DNA from: an uncultured Candidatus Entotheonella sp.
GTDB lineage: Bacteria; Tectomicrobia; Entotheonellia; Entotheonellales; Entotheonellaceae
NCBI GenBank assembly: GCA_965215335.1
Contig: CBDCDA010000001.1
Coordinates: 1-64,000 of the forward strand
Direction: 5' to 3'
DNA length: 64,000 nt
Below, one piece after another: positions 42,298 through 51,650 of the stretch (its first letter is position 1; each line of letters starts with the position of its first letter). Under the pieces are notes generated by a model. That model did not search any database. It was not told the DNA's origin and worked only from the letters and a program-made list of their open reading frames with translations. A program made the translations under genes and the position numbers.

Positions 42298-42963
42298 TCA
42301 AGGCAGGTCTTCCGTATCACGGCGGCCTTCCAGTTCCGCCACGCGGGCCTCCAGCGCCCGCCGCGCCGCCGCTTCTTCCTGGTGCGTCAAGAGGTTCTGC
42401 CCGCTGACCGGGTCGCGAAACCGCAACGCCCCATCGACGAGTCGAAGGTCCAGGCCCAGCACCTCGCTGCGCCTGGTCGGAGCATCATCGTCGCTCGCCG
42501 CACGTTCCGGCAGCGCCACATAGCCACTACCCTGAAGCCGCAGGCCCTGCAGGGGCGGGCTGAAATGATCGCCCGTCGGGTCGTACAGCCAGTATTCCGA
42601 TACCCCCAGCTGCGCGTACAGGTCACGCTTGGGTCCCTGATCCATCTGCCAGGTACTCGGTGAGGCGACCTCCAGCACGAAGTCCGGGGCCTTGGGCTCC
42701 TGCCACAGCAGGTACGATGACCGTTCGTGCTTGGCGGCCCCGAACACCACGAAAACGTCCGGTGCTACGCGGACCTTGTTGTTGCCCTCCTCGTAGTATA
42801 AAAGCAGGTTACCCGAAACGTACACGTCGGGGCGGTCCCGAAAGTGGTTTTTCAGCGCCTCGATCGCGTAGGTCATGATGTCGCGCTGGGAATCGTTTTC
42901 AGCCATGGGCAGGCCATCCGAATCCGGGTAGTCGACCTCCGTCGTCATCACGGCACGTGACAT
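42298..42963 (-). CDS. Uma2 family endonuclease
   Basis: YPDSDGLPMAE, APDVFVVFG, PDFVLEVAS, EYWLYDP. Confidence 0.93.
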   Translation of the reverse strand: MSRAVMTTEVDYPDSDGLPMAENDSQRDIMTYAIEALKNHFRDRPDVYVSGNLLLYYEEGNNKVRVAPDVFVVFGAAKHERSSYLLWQEPKAPDFVLEVASPSTWQMDQGPKRDLYAQLGVSEYWLYDPTGDHFSPPLQGLRLQGSGYVALPERAASDDDAPTRRSEVLGLDLRLVDGALRFRDPVSGQNLLTHQEEAAARRALEARVAELEGRRDTEDLP

Positions 42964-43176
42964 GACCTTTTCCTTTCCCGTCCGTCCTGCGGATGGCCAC
43001 CTACCCGCGCTATGGCTTCGACGGCATTCGGCAAGCCGTTCTCGATGCGGCGGACAACCGGGAGGCACTGGAGCGGGTCCCGAGTCTGCCGTGGCAGGTG
43101 CTCATGTCGCCCAAATCGCTTCTCCATTCACTCTGTCCACTTATGATTTTGTCGTGTACAGTGATCCATCCCATGC

Positions 43177-43878
43177 CTACATCGTTCGCCGCAGGTCCCG
43201 GAGTTGGGCTTCCAGAGCTTGCCGGGCCGCCTGTTCTTCCCGCAGGAGGGCTTCGGCTTGCTGACGCGCTTGTGCCTCTTCCCGATAGCTCCGAAGGAAC
43301 GCCTGACGCACCAGATCATAAAAGCGCAGCACGTCTCGCGCCGCTGCCCCCGGTGTCAGGTGCAACTCCAGCCCCAGGGTCTCGCTGCGCGCCGTCAGGG
43401 TGCCGTCTTCCCGTGTCGTAGCAGGTATCGGCGCATAATGTCCCTCGACCAGCCGGAAGCCCTGCAGGGGCGGGTCGAGGTAGTCCCCCACCGGGTCGCA
43501 CTGCCAGTATTCCGACACCCCTAGACGCGCGTATAGGTCGCGTTTCTCACCTTGGTCGATCCGGTACGTGCTCCCGGAGGCGATTTCCAGAACGAAGTCC
43601 GGCACCTTCGGCTCTTCCCACAGGCGGTAGGACGAGCGAATCTGTTTCGATGCGCCAAACACCACCATGAGGTCTGGCGATACCGACTTGCCGGCATCGT
43701 CTTCCTGGTAATACAGCAGCAGGTTACCGACGACGTACACGTCATCCTGTTCCCGGAAGTGCCAATCGAGGGCGGAGCCGACGTAGAGGATGGGCCAGAA
43801 TTGGGATTCGTGTTCGGCCATAGGTAACCCGTCCGAGTCCGGGTAGTCGATGGCCCCGGAAATAACCGCGCGTGCCAT
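43177..43878 (-). CDS. Uma2 family endonuclease
   Basis: YPDSDGLPMAE, SPDLMVVFG, PDFVLEIAS, EYWQCDP. Confidence 0.93.
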   Translation of the reverse strand: MARAVISGAIDYPDSDGLPMAEHESQFWPILYVGSALDWHFREQDDVYVVGNLLLYYQEDDAGKSVSPDLMVVFGASKQIRSSYRLWEEPKVPDFVLEIASGSTYRIDQGEKRDLYARLGVSEYWQCDPVGDYLDPPLQGFRLVEGHYAPIPATTREDGTLTARSETLGLELHLTPGAAARDVLRFYDLVRQAFLRSYREEAQARQQAEALLREEQAARQALEAQLRDLRRTM

Positions 43879-43996
43879 GAAGTCGTCCTTTCCTGTTGGC
43901 GTTCAGGGGGGCTGAAAGGTTCGTGCGCAGCCTGCCTTGCAACCCCTGTCGTTCGTGAATTTCCGCCGTAGGCCCTGGGCTTGACGAGACCCATCG

Positions 43997-44746
43997 TCAA
44001 GCATGATACATCATCGCCGCCAGGGCTAGCACCAACGTCTCGCCCATCTCGTTCGTCGCGCCCAGCACGTCCGCGGTGATGCCGCCCAGGCGCTTGCGGA
44101 AATAGGTTTGCAGGCCGAACGTTGCCAGGCTGACCAGGGTGCCGATCAACACCCCGCCGATGCCGCCAAAGCACACGACGATGATGAGCGACCAGGGCAG
44201 GGTGGCAGTGAAATGGTCCCGCCGCCGGGCGCCGCGCACGAACGGCTCGCCGAACCCGCCGCCCGGACGCGCGTAGGCGGAGAAACAGGCCACCTGAACC
44301 ATCGCATAGCGGCTCAGGGTGCCCAGCAACACCAATGTCAACAGCATGCCCTCGTCGGGCGCGACGCTGAGGCAGGCGAACTTGATCAGCAGCACCAGCG
44401 CCACGCTCGTGACGCCCATCGTACCGAGGTGTTGCTCCTTGAAGATGCGGAGGGTCGTCTGGCGGTCGTGGCCGCCGCTCAGGCCGTCCATGGTGGCGGC
44501 GAGGCCGCTGAGGTGCACGCCGCCGGTCACCAGGCAGAGGCCAGTCAGGAGCAGGGCGGCCACAACCGGCGGCGGAAAGACGTACGCGAGCAGCAGGTAG
44601 AGACTCCATAACGCGCAGCCGATACCGGCGCCGACGAGCGGATAATACGCCATGGCGCTGCCGGACAACTCCGGCGTCCCCCTGTCCGTTGCCCGCAGCG
44701 GATAGACCGTCAGGAGTCCGAGGGCGCGCCGCAAATCGTCTACCAT
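43997..44746 (-). CDS. cobS: CobS-like adenosylcobinamide-GDP ribazoletransferase (motif-divergent)
   Basis: LLTVYP, YPLVG, TGGVHLSGLAATMDG, GGITADVLGA; multi-TM. Confidence 0.8.
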   Translation of the reverse strand: MVDDLRRALGLLTVYPLRATDRGTPELSGSAMAYYPLVGAGIGCALWSLYLLLAYVFPPPVVAALLLTGLCLVTGGVHLSGLAATMDGLSGGHDRQTTLRIFKEQHLGTMGVTSVALVLLIKFACLSVAPDEGMLLTLVLLGTLSRYAMVQVACFSAYARPGGGFGEPFVRGARRRDHFTATLPWSLIIVVCFGGIGGVLIGTLVSLATFGLQTYFRKRLGGITADVLGATNEMGETLVLALAAMMYHA

Positions 44747-44956
44747 AGCCTTTATCTCCCCTTTGGAACAGGCCGTCATGTTAGAGGGCTGACCCGCTGC
44801 TGACAAGGCCGGAACGCCGCATCCGGGAAGCTGTCGGGACGTCGGACAACACGCGCTGGCGCTCGTGCTACCCTATCTTATATATGCTCGACTTCGCACT
44901 TCGCTTGCCGGGGGCGCACGAAACCCCGCATGACCCAATCAGAGAGGAGGAACGCC

Positions 44957-45862
44957 ATGCGCAAACCCGCCGTCAGCCTGGCCGCCGTTGCCGGGCGTCG
45001 CCAGGCCACCTTGGAACTCGCCCAGCGTCTCGAACGGGAAGGCTTCAGCGGCATTTATTGTCCCAGCTTTGGCGACGGCATGGGGCTCTGCGAAGCCCTC
45101 GCTCTGGTGACCAAGGAGATTCCATTCGGCACCAGTATTGCCAACATCTACACGCGCCATGCCTACGACTATGCCCTGAGCGCGACGCTCATCCACGAGC
45201 TGTCGGGTGGGCGCTTTCGCTTCGGCATTGGCGTCAGCCACGCGCCGGCCCACGCCCGCCTGCAGGTGCAGGTCGGCAAGCCGCTGAGCGACATTCGGCA
45301 ATTCGTGTCAGACTTGCAAACCGGCGCCCGGCGCAACGGCGACCTGCCGCCCATCGTGCTGGCTACCTTGCGTCGGAAAATGGTGCAGTTAGCGTCGGAA
45401 ATCGCCCAGGGCGCGGTGTGGGCCAATGCCGCCCGGTCGCACATGGCCGCGTCGCTCGGCTACCTGTCGCCGGCCGCCCGCCAGGCCCCGGAATTCTTCC
45501 TCGGCAACATGATTCCGATCTGCATCGACGACGACAAAGCCGCCGCAGCAGCCGTGAACCGGCGGACCCTCACCGGCTACGTGCGCCTGCCGAACTATCA
45601 GAATTACTGGATCGAAGCCGGGTTTGAGGACGAGATGACGGCGATTCGGCAGGCCATCGCCAACGGCGAGGACGACAGGATTCCGGATCTCATGTCCGAC
45701 CGCTGGCTGCAGCAGGTCACCCTGTACGGCAGCGTCGCTGCCGTACGCGAGGGCATGGAAGCCTGGTACGACACCGGTATCAATACGCCCATCGTCGTGC
45801 CGTCGTCCACAAAGGGCGGCCAGATGGTGGCGTTCCAGGAACTCCTGGAAGCCTGGCGATAA
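44957..45862 (+). CDS. LLM-class flavin-dependent oxidoreductase
   Basis: FGTSIANIYTR, ELSGGRFRFGIGVSH. Confidence 0.88.
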   Translation: MRKPAVSLAAVAGRRQATLELAQRLEREGFSGIYCPSFGDGMGLCEALALVTKEIPFGTSIANIYTRHAYDYALSATLIHELSGGRFRFGIGVSHAPAHARLQVQVGKPLSDIRQFVSDLQTGARRNGDLPPIVLATLRRKMVQLASEIAQGAVWANAARSHMAASLGYLSPAARQAPEFFLGNMIPICIDDDKAAAAAVNRRTLTGYVRLPNYQNYWIEAGFEDEMTAIRQAIANGEDDRIPDLMSDRWLQQVTLYGSVAAVREGMEAWYDTGINTPIVVPSSTKGGQMVAFQELLEAWR

Positions 45863-45905
45863 GGAGGGGGAGGAGACCGACATGGCGGCGTCCCGTTCGT
45901 GATGC

Positions 45906-47282
45906 TTATTGTGTGTTGACCGTCGCAATGACCGACATGCCCGGACGCAGCGTGACGCCGGGGGATGACGACGGCTGGATGCGGATTTTGACGGGTACGC
46001 GCTGCACGACCTTGACGAAATTGCCGGTGGCGTTTTCGGGCGGCAGCAGGCTGAAGACCGCGCCCGTGCCGGGGCTGAGACTTTCCACGGTGCCGGAAAA
46101 GACCTCGTCGGGGTAGGCGTCCACCCGCAAGGTGGCCCGCTGTCCGGGACGCATGTGTTGCAGTTGGGTTTCCTTGAAGTTGGCCTCCACCCACACTTTC
46201 TGTATCGGTACCATGGCCAGCAGCGGCCGGCCGGGCTGCACGACCTGTCCCACCTCCAGGTTTTTCTTGGCGACCACACCGGCGGCAGGGGCCTTCAGCG
46301 TGGTGTATTGCAATTGCAGCCTGGCGTAGGCAAGGTCCGCCTCGGCCTGTTGCAAGAGGGCCTGCGCCACCTTGACTTCCGCCTCCTGAATGGTGACGTT
46401 CTGACGCTGCGCCTGCGAGCCCTCCAGCAGGGCCTGCGCTTCCGCTACCAGGGCCTCCTCCCGCTGTACCGTCTGTTGCTGCCGACGCAAGTCGACCCCG
46501 GCGCGTTCCAGTTCGCTGCGTGTCTGTCGCAGGTGCTCTTCCTTGGCGCGTTTTTCAGCCCTCGCTGCCTGCAACGCGCTGTTCGCCTGATCGAATTGTT
46601 GCTGCGCCACCACGCCGTCGTTCAAAAGATTTTGCACGCGCTCGAAACTGGTCTGGGCCATGGCGACGTGCACGTCCTGGGTGTCCACGTCGGCCTGGGC
46701 AGCGGCTACGGCGGCCTCCCACGTGCGCAAATGCGCCTCGGCCTTTTCGGCGCCGTGTTGCGCCTCGCGCAGGGCGCTCTGGGCGGCCAGCAGGGTGGCA
46801 CCGGTACGAACCGTGTCATTGCTGGTGCTGTCTTGCGTCAGTTGCACCTGCAGCTCGGCATGCCGAAGGCGTGCTTTCGCCACCGCCACCATGGCCTCCG
46901 CCTGGGCAACCCGGGCGCCGAAATCGTCGGGGTCGAGCTCGGCCAGCAGTTGACCACTTTCCACCTGTTGGTGTTTGGAGGCGTGCACGGCCATGACGGT
47001 GCCGCTGACGCGGGCGCTGATGGGCACGATATCGCCGATCACGTAGGCGTCATCGGTGGTTTCGTGTGTCTGGTAATAGCGCCACAATTGCAGCCCGTAC
47101 GGCGTGCCGATGGCGATCAGGACAAGGCATAACAGAGGGCCAACGACGCGCTTGCGCAACCACGCGGGGCGGCTGCCAGCCAGCCGGGGTGCGTTGGTGG
47201 GTCCCTCCTTCACGTCCTGTGGGGAAGCGGGGTTGGAAGCGTGCGGGCCGCCCGGTTGGGCACCGCGGCTTTCTTCGGCCAT
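45906..47282 (-). CDS. HlyD/EmrA family membrane fusion protein
   Basis: TTDDAYV, WVEANFKETQL, FSLLPPENATGNFVKVVQRVPV, LRPGMS. Confidence 0.93.
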   Translation of the reverse strand: MAEESRGAQPGGPHASNPASPQDVKEGPTNAPRLAGSRPAWLRKRVVGPLLCLVLIAIGTPYGLQLWRYYQTHETTDDAYVIGDIVPISARVSGTVMAVHASKHQQVESGQLLAELDPDDFGARVAQAEAMVAVAKARLRHAELQVQLTQDSTSNDTVRTGATLLAAQSALREAQHGAEKAEAHLRTWEAAVAAAQADVDTQDVHVAMAQTSFERVQNLLNDGVVAQQQFDQANSALQAARAEKRAKEEHLRQTRSELERAGVDLRRQQQTVQREEALVAEAQALLEGSQAQRQNVTIQEAEVKVAQALLQQAEADLAYARLQLQYTTLKAPAAGVVAKKNLEVGQVVQPGRPLLAMVPIQKVWVEANFKETQLQHMRPGQRATLRVDAYPDEVFSGTVESLSPGTGAVFSLLPPENATGNFVKVVQRVPVKIRIQPSSSPGVTLRPGMSVIATVNTQ

Positions 47283-47562
47283 TGTGTTGACTCCCTGAGA
47301 CGCATCCCGTTGTTTACGGAACACAATTTCGTGCCCGCCAGAGTTGGCGGGCAATCACAAACAAAGTGTTCTTGTACAGGGTCAAACTTCATGATTCCAC
47401 CACCAACAAGTCTCCCGGCATGGGGGGGCGCACAGTATTCTGCATGCAGACCAGATTGTAAACCGTGATGGCCGTCTCGGTCCCTATTGACTTTTGCCGG
47501 GAAGTCCAAACAATAGCGCCCCGACGCCATCACAATCATCCCCCGCCGTCAGGAGGCAGACC

Positions 47563-49167
47563 ATGGCCACAGTCGCGCAACCCCGACGTTACGGATGGAA
47601 ATCGCTGCTGCTGGCGGGCCTGCTGGCGGTTTGCTGCAATTCCGCCATGGCAGCGGGGGGTACGCTGAAAATCATCCCGCATGCCGATCTGAAAAATACC
47701 GACCCGATCTGGACCACCGCCTACATCACCCGCAACCACGGCTACATGATTTACGACACGCTGTTTTCTCTGGACGCCGATCTGCAGCCGCAGCCGCAGA
47801 TGGTGGATACCTGGGCGGTCAGTGACGACGGCCTGCGCTACACGTTCACCCTGCGCGACGGGTTGCGGTGGCACGACGGCGCGCCGGTGCGGGCGGCGGA
47901 CTGCGTGGCGTCGATCCGGCGTTGGGGCAAGCGCGACGGCATGGGCCAGAAGCTGCTGGAATTCACCCGGTCCCTCGCCGTGGTAGATGACCGCACCTTC
48001 ACGCTGACGCTCACGGAACCGTACGGACTGGTGTTGGAATCTTTGGGCAAGCTGAGCAGCAACGTGCCGTTCATGATGCCGGAACGCCTGGCGAAAATCG
48101 ACGCTTTCACCCAGGTCACCGAGCCCATCGGTTCGGGGCCGTTCGTATTCGTGAAGGACGAGTGGGTACCGGGCAGCAAGGTCATTTACGTCCGCAATCC
48201 CGACTACGTGCCGCGCCCGGAGCCGCCGAGCTTCGCGGCCGGGGGCAAGCGGGTGCACGTCGAGCGGGTGGAATGGCTGTACATCCCGCACCCGGCGACC
48301 GCGCAGGCGGCCCTGGCAGCCGGGGAAGTGGACTACTACGAGCGTCCGCCGGTCGATCTGCTGCCCCTGATGGACCGCGACCCCGGCCTCACTGTGGCGG
48401 TCATCGACCCGCTCGGCACCCAGGGTTGGCTGCGCCCCAACCACCTGCATCCGCCGTTCAACCGCAAGGACGCGCGCCAGGCGCTGCTGTGGATGGTCAA
48501 TCAGGAGGATTACCTGCGGGCGATTGTCGGCGATCCGAAGTTCTGGCGTACCTGCGGCTCGTACTTCATGTGCGGTACGTCGCTCGAGACCGACGCGGCA
48601 TCCGAGGCGCTCGTGCAGCAGGACCTGGACCGGGCCAGACAGTTGATGCAGACGGCCGGCTACGCGGGTGAAACGATCGTGCTCATGGACCCGACGGACA
48701 TCCCGCTTCTCCACGGCGCCTCGCTGGTCACGGCCCAGATGCTGAAAAAGATCGGCGTCAACGTGCAGGTGCAGGCGATGGACTGGAGCACGTTGACGTC
48801 GCGGCGGGTCGAGAAGAAAGCCCCTTCGGAAGGCGGCTGGCACCTGTTTCATACCTGGGCGACGGGCGCCGACGTGGCCTCGCCGGTCAACAACATCGGC
48901 CTGTCGGGTGGCTGCGAGGCGAAAGCCTGGTTCGGCTGGCCGTGCGATGAGCGGCTTGAAAAGCTGCGCGACGACTGGGCGCGGGCCACCGATGCCGGGC
49001 AGCAAAAGGCCATTGCCGAGGCGTTGCAGCGCGTCGCCTACGACAACGTGCCGTACGTCAATTACGGCCAATGGTTCCTGCCGACCGTGTACCGCAAATC
49101 CCTTCAGGGCGTCATCGTTTCCCCGGTGCCGTTCTTCTGGAACATTGTCAAGGCGGAGCAGGGGTGA
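47563..49167 (+). CDS. Peptide/nickel ABC transporter substrate-binding protein
   Basis: IYDTLF, FTLRDGLRWHDG, PIGSGPF. Confidence 0.93.
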   Translation: MATVAQPRRYGWKSLLLAGLLAVCCNSAMAAGGTLKIIPHADLKNTDPIWTTAYITRNHGYMIYDTLFSLDADLQPQPQMVDTWAVSDDGLRYTFTLRDGLRWHDGAPVRAADCVASIRRWGKRDGMGQKLLEFTRSLAVVDDRTFTLTLTEPYGLVLESLGKLSSNVPFMMPERLAKIDAFTQVTEPIGSGPFVFVKDEWVPGSKVIYVRNPDYVPRPEPPSFAAGGKRVHVERVEWLYIPHPATAQAALAAGEVDYYERPPVDLLPLMDRDPGLTVAVIDPLGTQGWLRPNHLHPPFNRKDARQALLWMVNQEDYLRAIVGDPKFWRTCGSYFMCGTSLETDAASEALVQQDLDRARQLMQTAGYAGETIVLMDPTDIPLLHGASLVTAQMLKKIGVNVQVQAMDWSTLTSRRVEKKAPSEGGWHLFHTWATGADVASPVNNIGLSGGCEAKAWFGWPCDERLEKLRDDWARATDAGQQKAIAEALQRVAYDNVPYVNYGQWFLPTVYRKSLQGVIVSPVPFFWNIVKAEQG

Positions 49168-49185
49168 TTCGACGGTGACCGCGCT

Positions 49186-50127
49186 ATGATGGCCTACCTG
49201 CTGCGACGGCTGCTCGCCACGGTGCCGGTGATGCTGGTGGTCGCGTTGTTCGTCTTTGCCTTGCTGCACCTCAGCCCCGGAGACCCCGCCGCAGTGATTG
49301 CCGGGGACTATGCCTCGCCGGAGGATATCGAACGTATCCGCCACAAGCTCGGGCTGGACGCGCCGCTGCACAAACAGTTGGGCATCTGGTTGTGGCAGGT
49401 CGTGCGGGGAGATTTGGGCACGTCGATCTTCTCCAACCTGCCGGTTTCCAAGCTCATCGGCCAACGCCTGGAACCGACGCTGACGCTCACCGCCTGCACC
49501 ATGCTGCTTGCCGTGCTCCTGGCGGTGCCGATGGGGGTGGTGGCGGCCTGGCAGGCGGGCACCTGGGTTGACCGCGCGGTGATGGTGTTTGCCGTCCTGG
49601 GCTTTTCCCTGCCCGTCTTCTGGCTGGGGTTCCTGTTCATCTTCGGCTTTGCCCTCAAGCTTCAGATTCTGCCCGTTCAGGGCTACGTCAGCCTCCGCGA
49701 GGGGCTGTGGCCCTGCCTGCGGCATCTGGTGCTGCCGAGCCTGACCCTCGGCATGGTGTACATGGCGCTGATCGCCCGCATGACCCGCGCCAGCATGCTG
49801 GAGGTGTTGCGCGAGGACTACATTCGCACCGCCCACGCCAAGGGGCTGAAGCCGCACGCCGTGCTGCTGTGGCACGCCCTGAAAAATGCCTCCCTGCCGA
49901 TCGTCACGGTCGTCGGCGTGGGGGTCGCGCTGCTCATCGGCGGTGTCGTGGTGACCGAGAGCGTCTTCGCCATCCCGGGCCTCGGACGGCTTACGGTCGA
50001 CGCCATTCTGCACCGCGATTATCCCGTCATCCAGGGGGTCATTCTGATTTTCTCCGGCATCTACGTGCTGATCAACCTGTTCGTGGACCTTCTATACACG
50101 GTCCTCGACCCCCGCATCCGCTACTAG
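49186..50127 (+). CDS. Peptide ABC transporter permease (DppB-like)
   Basis: PGDPA, DYIRTAHAKG, RDYPVIQG, DPRIRY. Confidence 0.93.
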   Translation: MMAYLLRRLLATVPVMLVVALFVFALLHLSPGDPAAVIAGDYASPEDIERIRHKLGLDAPLHKQLGIWLWQVVRGDLGTSIFSNLPVSKLIGQRLEPTLTLTACTMLLAVLLAVPMGVVAAWQAGTWVDRAVMVFAVLGFSLPVFWLGFLFIFGFALKLQILPVQGYVSLREGLWPCLRHLVLPSLTLGMVYMALIARMTRASMLEVLREDYIRTAHAKGLKPHAVLLWHALKNASLPIVTVVGVGVALLIGGVVVTESVFAIPGLGRLTVDAILHRDYPVIQGVILIFSGIYVLINLFVDLLYTVLDPRIRY

Positions 50128-50194
50128 GGCATTGGGAACTGGCGGCTAATCCGACCTGCATCATGAGGTGAAATTCAGGGAACGTGGGCGTCTT

Positions 50195-51076
50195 ATGGTG
50201 ACAGCAACCGCGCAAACCCATGCCGTCGGAGACCAGCCGCGTACCGCGTCCCTCCTGCGTACGCTCAGGCGCAATCCCACCATGGTCGGCGGCGCCTGTT
50301 TCCTGCTTGTCATGCTGGTGGCGGCGATAGGGGCGCCCTGGTTCGGCACCATCGACCCCGAGGAATTGCATCCCATCGACCGGCTGCGCGGCCCGTCGCT
50401 GACGCACTGGTTCGGCACCGACATGTTGGGCCGCGACCTCTACAGCCGCACGGTGTACGGCAGTCGCATTTCGCTTCTGGTCGGGCTGTGCGTGGCGGTG
50501 CTGAGCCTGACGGTCGGACTGGCGGTCGGGTTGCTGAGCGGCTACCTGCGGCATGTCGATACCGTGGTCATGCGGATCATGGACGGCCTCATGGCCATCC
50601 CGGCCATCCTGTTGGCCATCGCCCTGATGGCGTTGATGAACGCCAGCGCGCAGAACGTCATCATTGCCCTGACCATCACGGAAATCCCGCGCGTGGTACG
50701 CCTCGTTCGCGCCCTGGTGCTCAGCCTGCGGGAGCAGGCATTCGTGGAGGCGTCGCGCGCCGTGGGGGCGGGCATCTGTCGGGTGCTGCTGCGGCACGTC
50801 ACGCCCAATACCGTGACGCCGCTCATCGTGCAGGGCACGTACATCTGCGCCTCGGCGGTCATCTTCGAGGCTTACCTCAGCTTTCTCGGCGCCGGCACGC
50901 CGCCGAACATTCCAAGCTGGGGCAACATCATGGCGGAGGGCCGGACGTACGTGCAGATTGCCTTCTGGATCATTCTCTTTCCCGGCCTGTTCCTGGCGCT
51001 CACGGTCCTGGCCATCAACCTGCTCGGCGACGGCCTGCGCGATACGCTGGACCCCAAGCTGGCACGACGCATGTGA
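50195..51076 (+). CDS. Peptide ABC transporter permease (DppC-like)
   Basis: HWFGTDMLGRD, FVEASRAVG, GDGLRDTLDP. Confidence 0.93.
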   Translation: MVTATAQTHAVGDQPRTASLLRTLRRNPTMVGGACFLLVMLVAAIGAPWFGTIDPEELHPIDRLRGPSLTHWFGTDMLGRDLYSRTVYGSRISLLVGLCVAVLSLTVGLAVGLLSGYLRHVDTVVMRIMDGLMAIPAILLAIALMALMNASAQNVIIALTITEIPRVVRLVRALVLSLREQAFVEASRAVGAGICRVLLRHVTPNTVTPLIVQGTYICASAVIFEAYLSFLGAGTPPNIPSWGNIMAEGRTYVQIAFWIILFPGLFLALTVLAINLLGDGLRDTLDPKLARRM

Positions 51077-51146
51077 GGCAGAAGTACGGATTGGTGGAGG
51101 CGTGTTCAGGGGCAAGACGCTGAACGCCGCCCCTGATCAGGCGGGG

Positions 51147-51650
51147 TTACGACGCGGCCGCTTGCTGTTGCTTGATGAGGTTCATCAACCCGCCGGCGCG
51201 GATGATGTCCATGATTTCCTTGGGGTAGGGCGTGGTCTGGAAGGTGTTGCCGGAGCGCGTGTTCCTGACGATGCCTCGCTCGATATCGAGGGAAATGGTA
51301 TCGCCGTGCCGGAAATCGGCGACCGCTTCCGGCAGTTCGAGCACCGGCAGGCCGATGTTGATGGCGTTGCGGAAGAAGATGCGGGCAAAGGACGACGCGA
51401 TGACCGCGACGATGCCGGACGCCTTGAGCGCCATCGGGGCATGCTCCCGCGATGAGCCGGAACCGAAATTCTCCTCGCCCACCACGACGTCGCCGTACCG
51501 CACGGTCGGCAGGAAATCGCTGTCCAGGTCCTCCATGCAGTGCTTGGCCAGGTCCTCCGGCTCGTTGAACATCATGTAGCGGGCCGGGAGAATCAGGTCG
51601 GTATTGATGTCCCGCCCGTACCGGTATACCTTGGGCTGTGGCTGTGCCAT
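51147..51650 (-). CDS. leuD: 3-isopropylmalate dehydratase/homoaconitase small subunit
   Basis: DINTDLILPARY, NFGSGSSREHA, SFARIFFRNAINIG. Confidence 0.9.
   Translation of the reverse strand: MAQPQPKVYRYGRDINTDLILPARYMMFNEPEDLAKHCMEDLDSDFLPTVRYGDVVVGEENFGSGSSREHAPMALKASGIVAVIASSFARIFFRNAINIGLPVLELPEAVADFRHGDTISLDIERGIVRNTRSGNTFQTTPYPKEIMDIIRAGGLMNLIKQQQAAAS

Noticed and set aside
42993..43130. Coding-like fragment between the Uma2 genes
   Set aside because: No recognisable family; too short to support.
44747..44900. Cobalamin riboswitch upstream of cobS
   Set aside because: No B12-box or GGGAA..GCCACTG consensus recognised.
47283..47560. AT-richer intergenic region as a possible ncRNA
   Set aside because: Explained by divergent promoters; no recognisable RNA motif.
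47536..50013. Long antisense ORFs (825 aa here; also 7781..9349, 12382..14031, 28129..29502)
   Set aside because: Shadow frames of well-supported genes in high-GC DNA.
33716..51076. ABC systems without ATPases and EmrA without EmrB
   Set aside because: Partners are commonly encoded elsewhere; not informative from one window.
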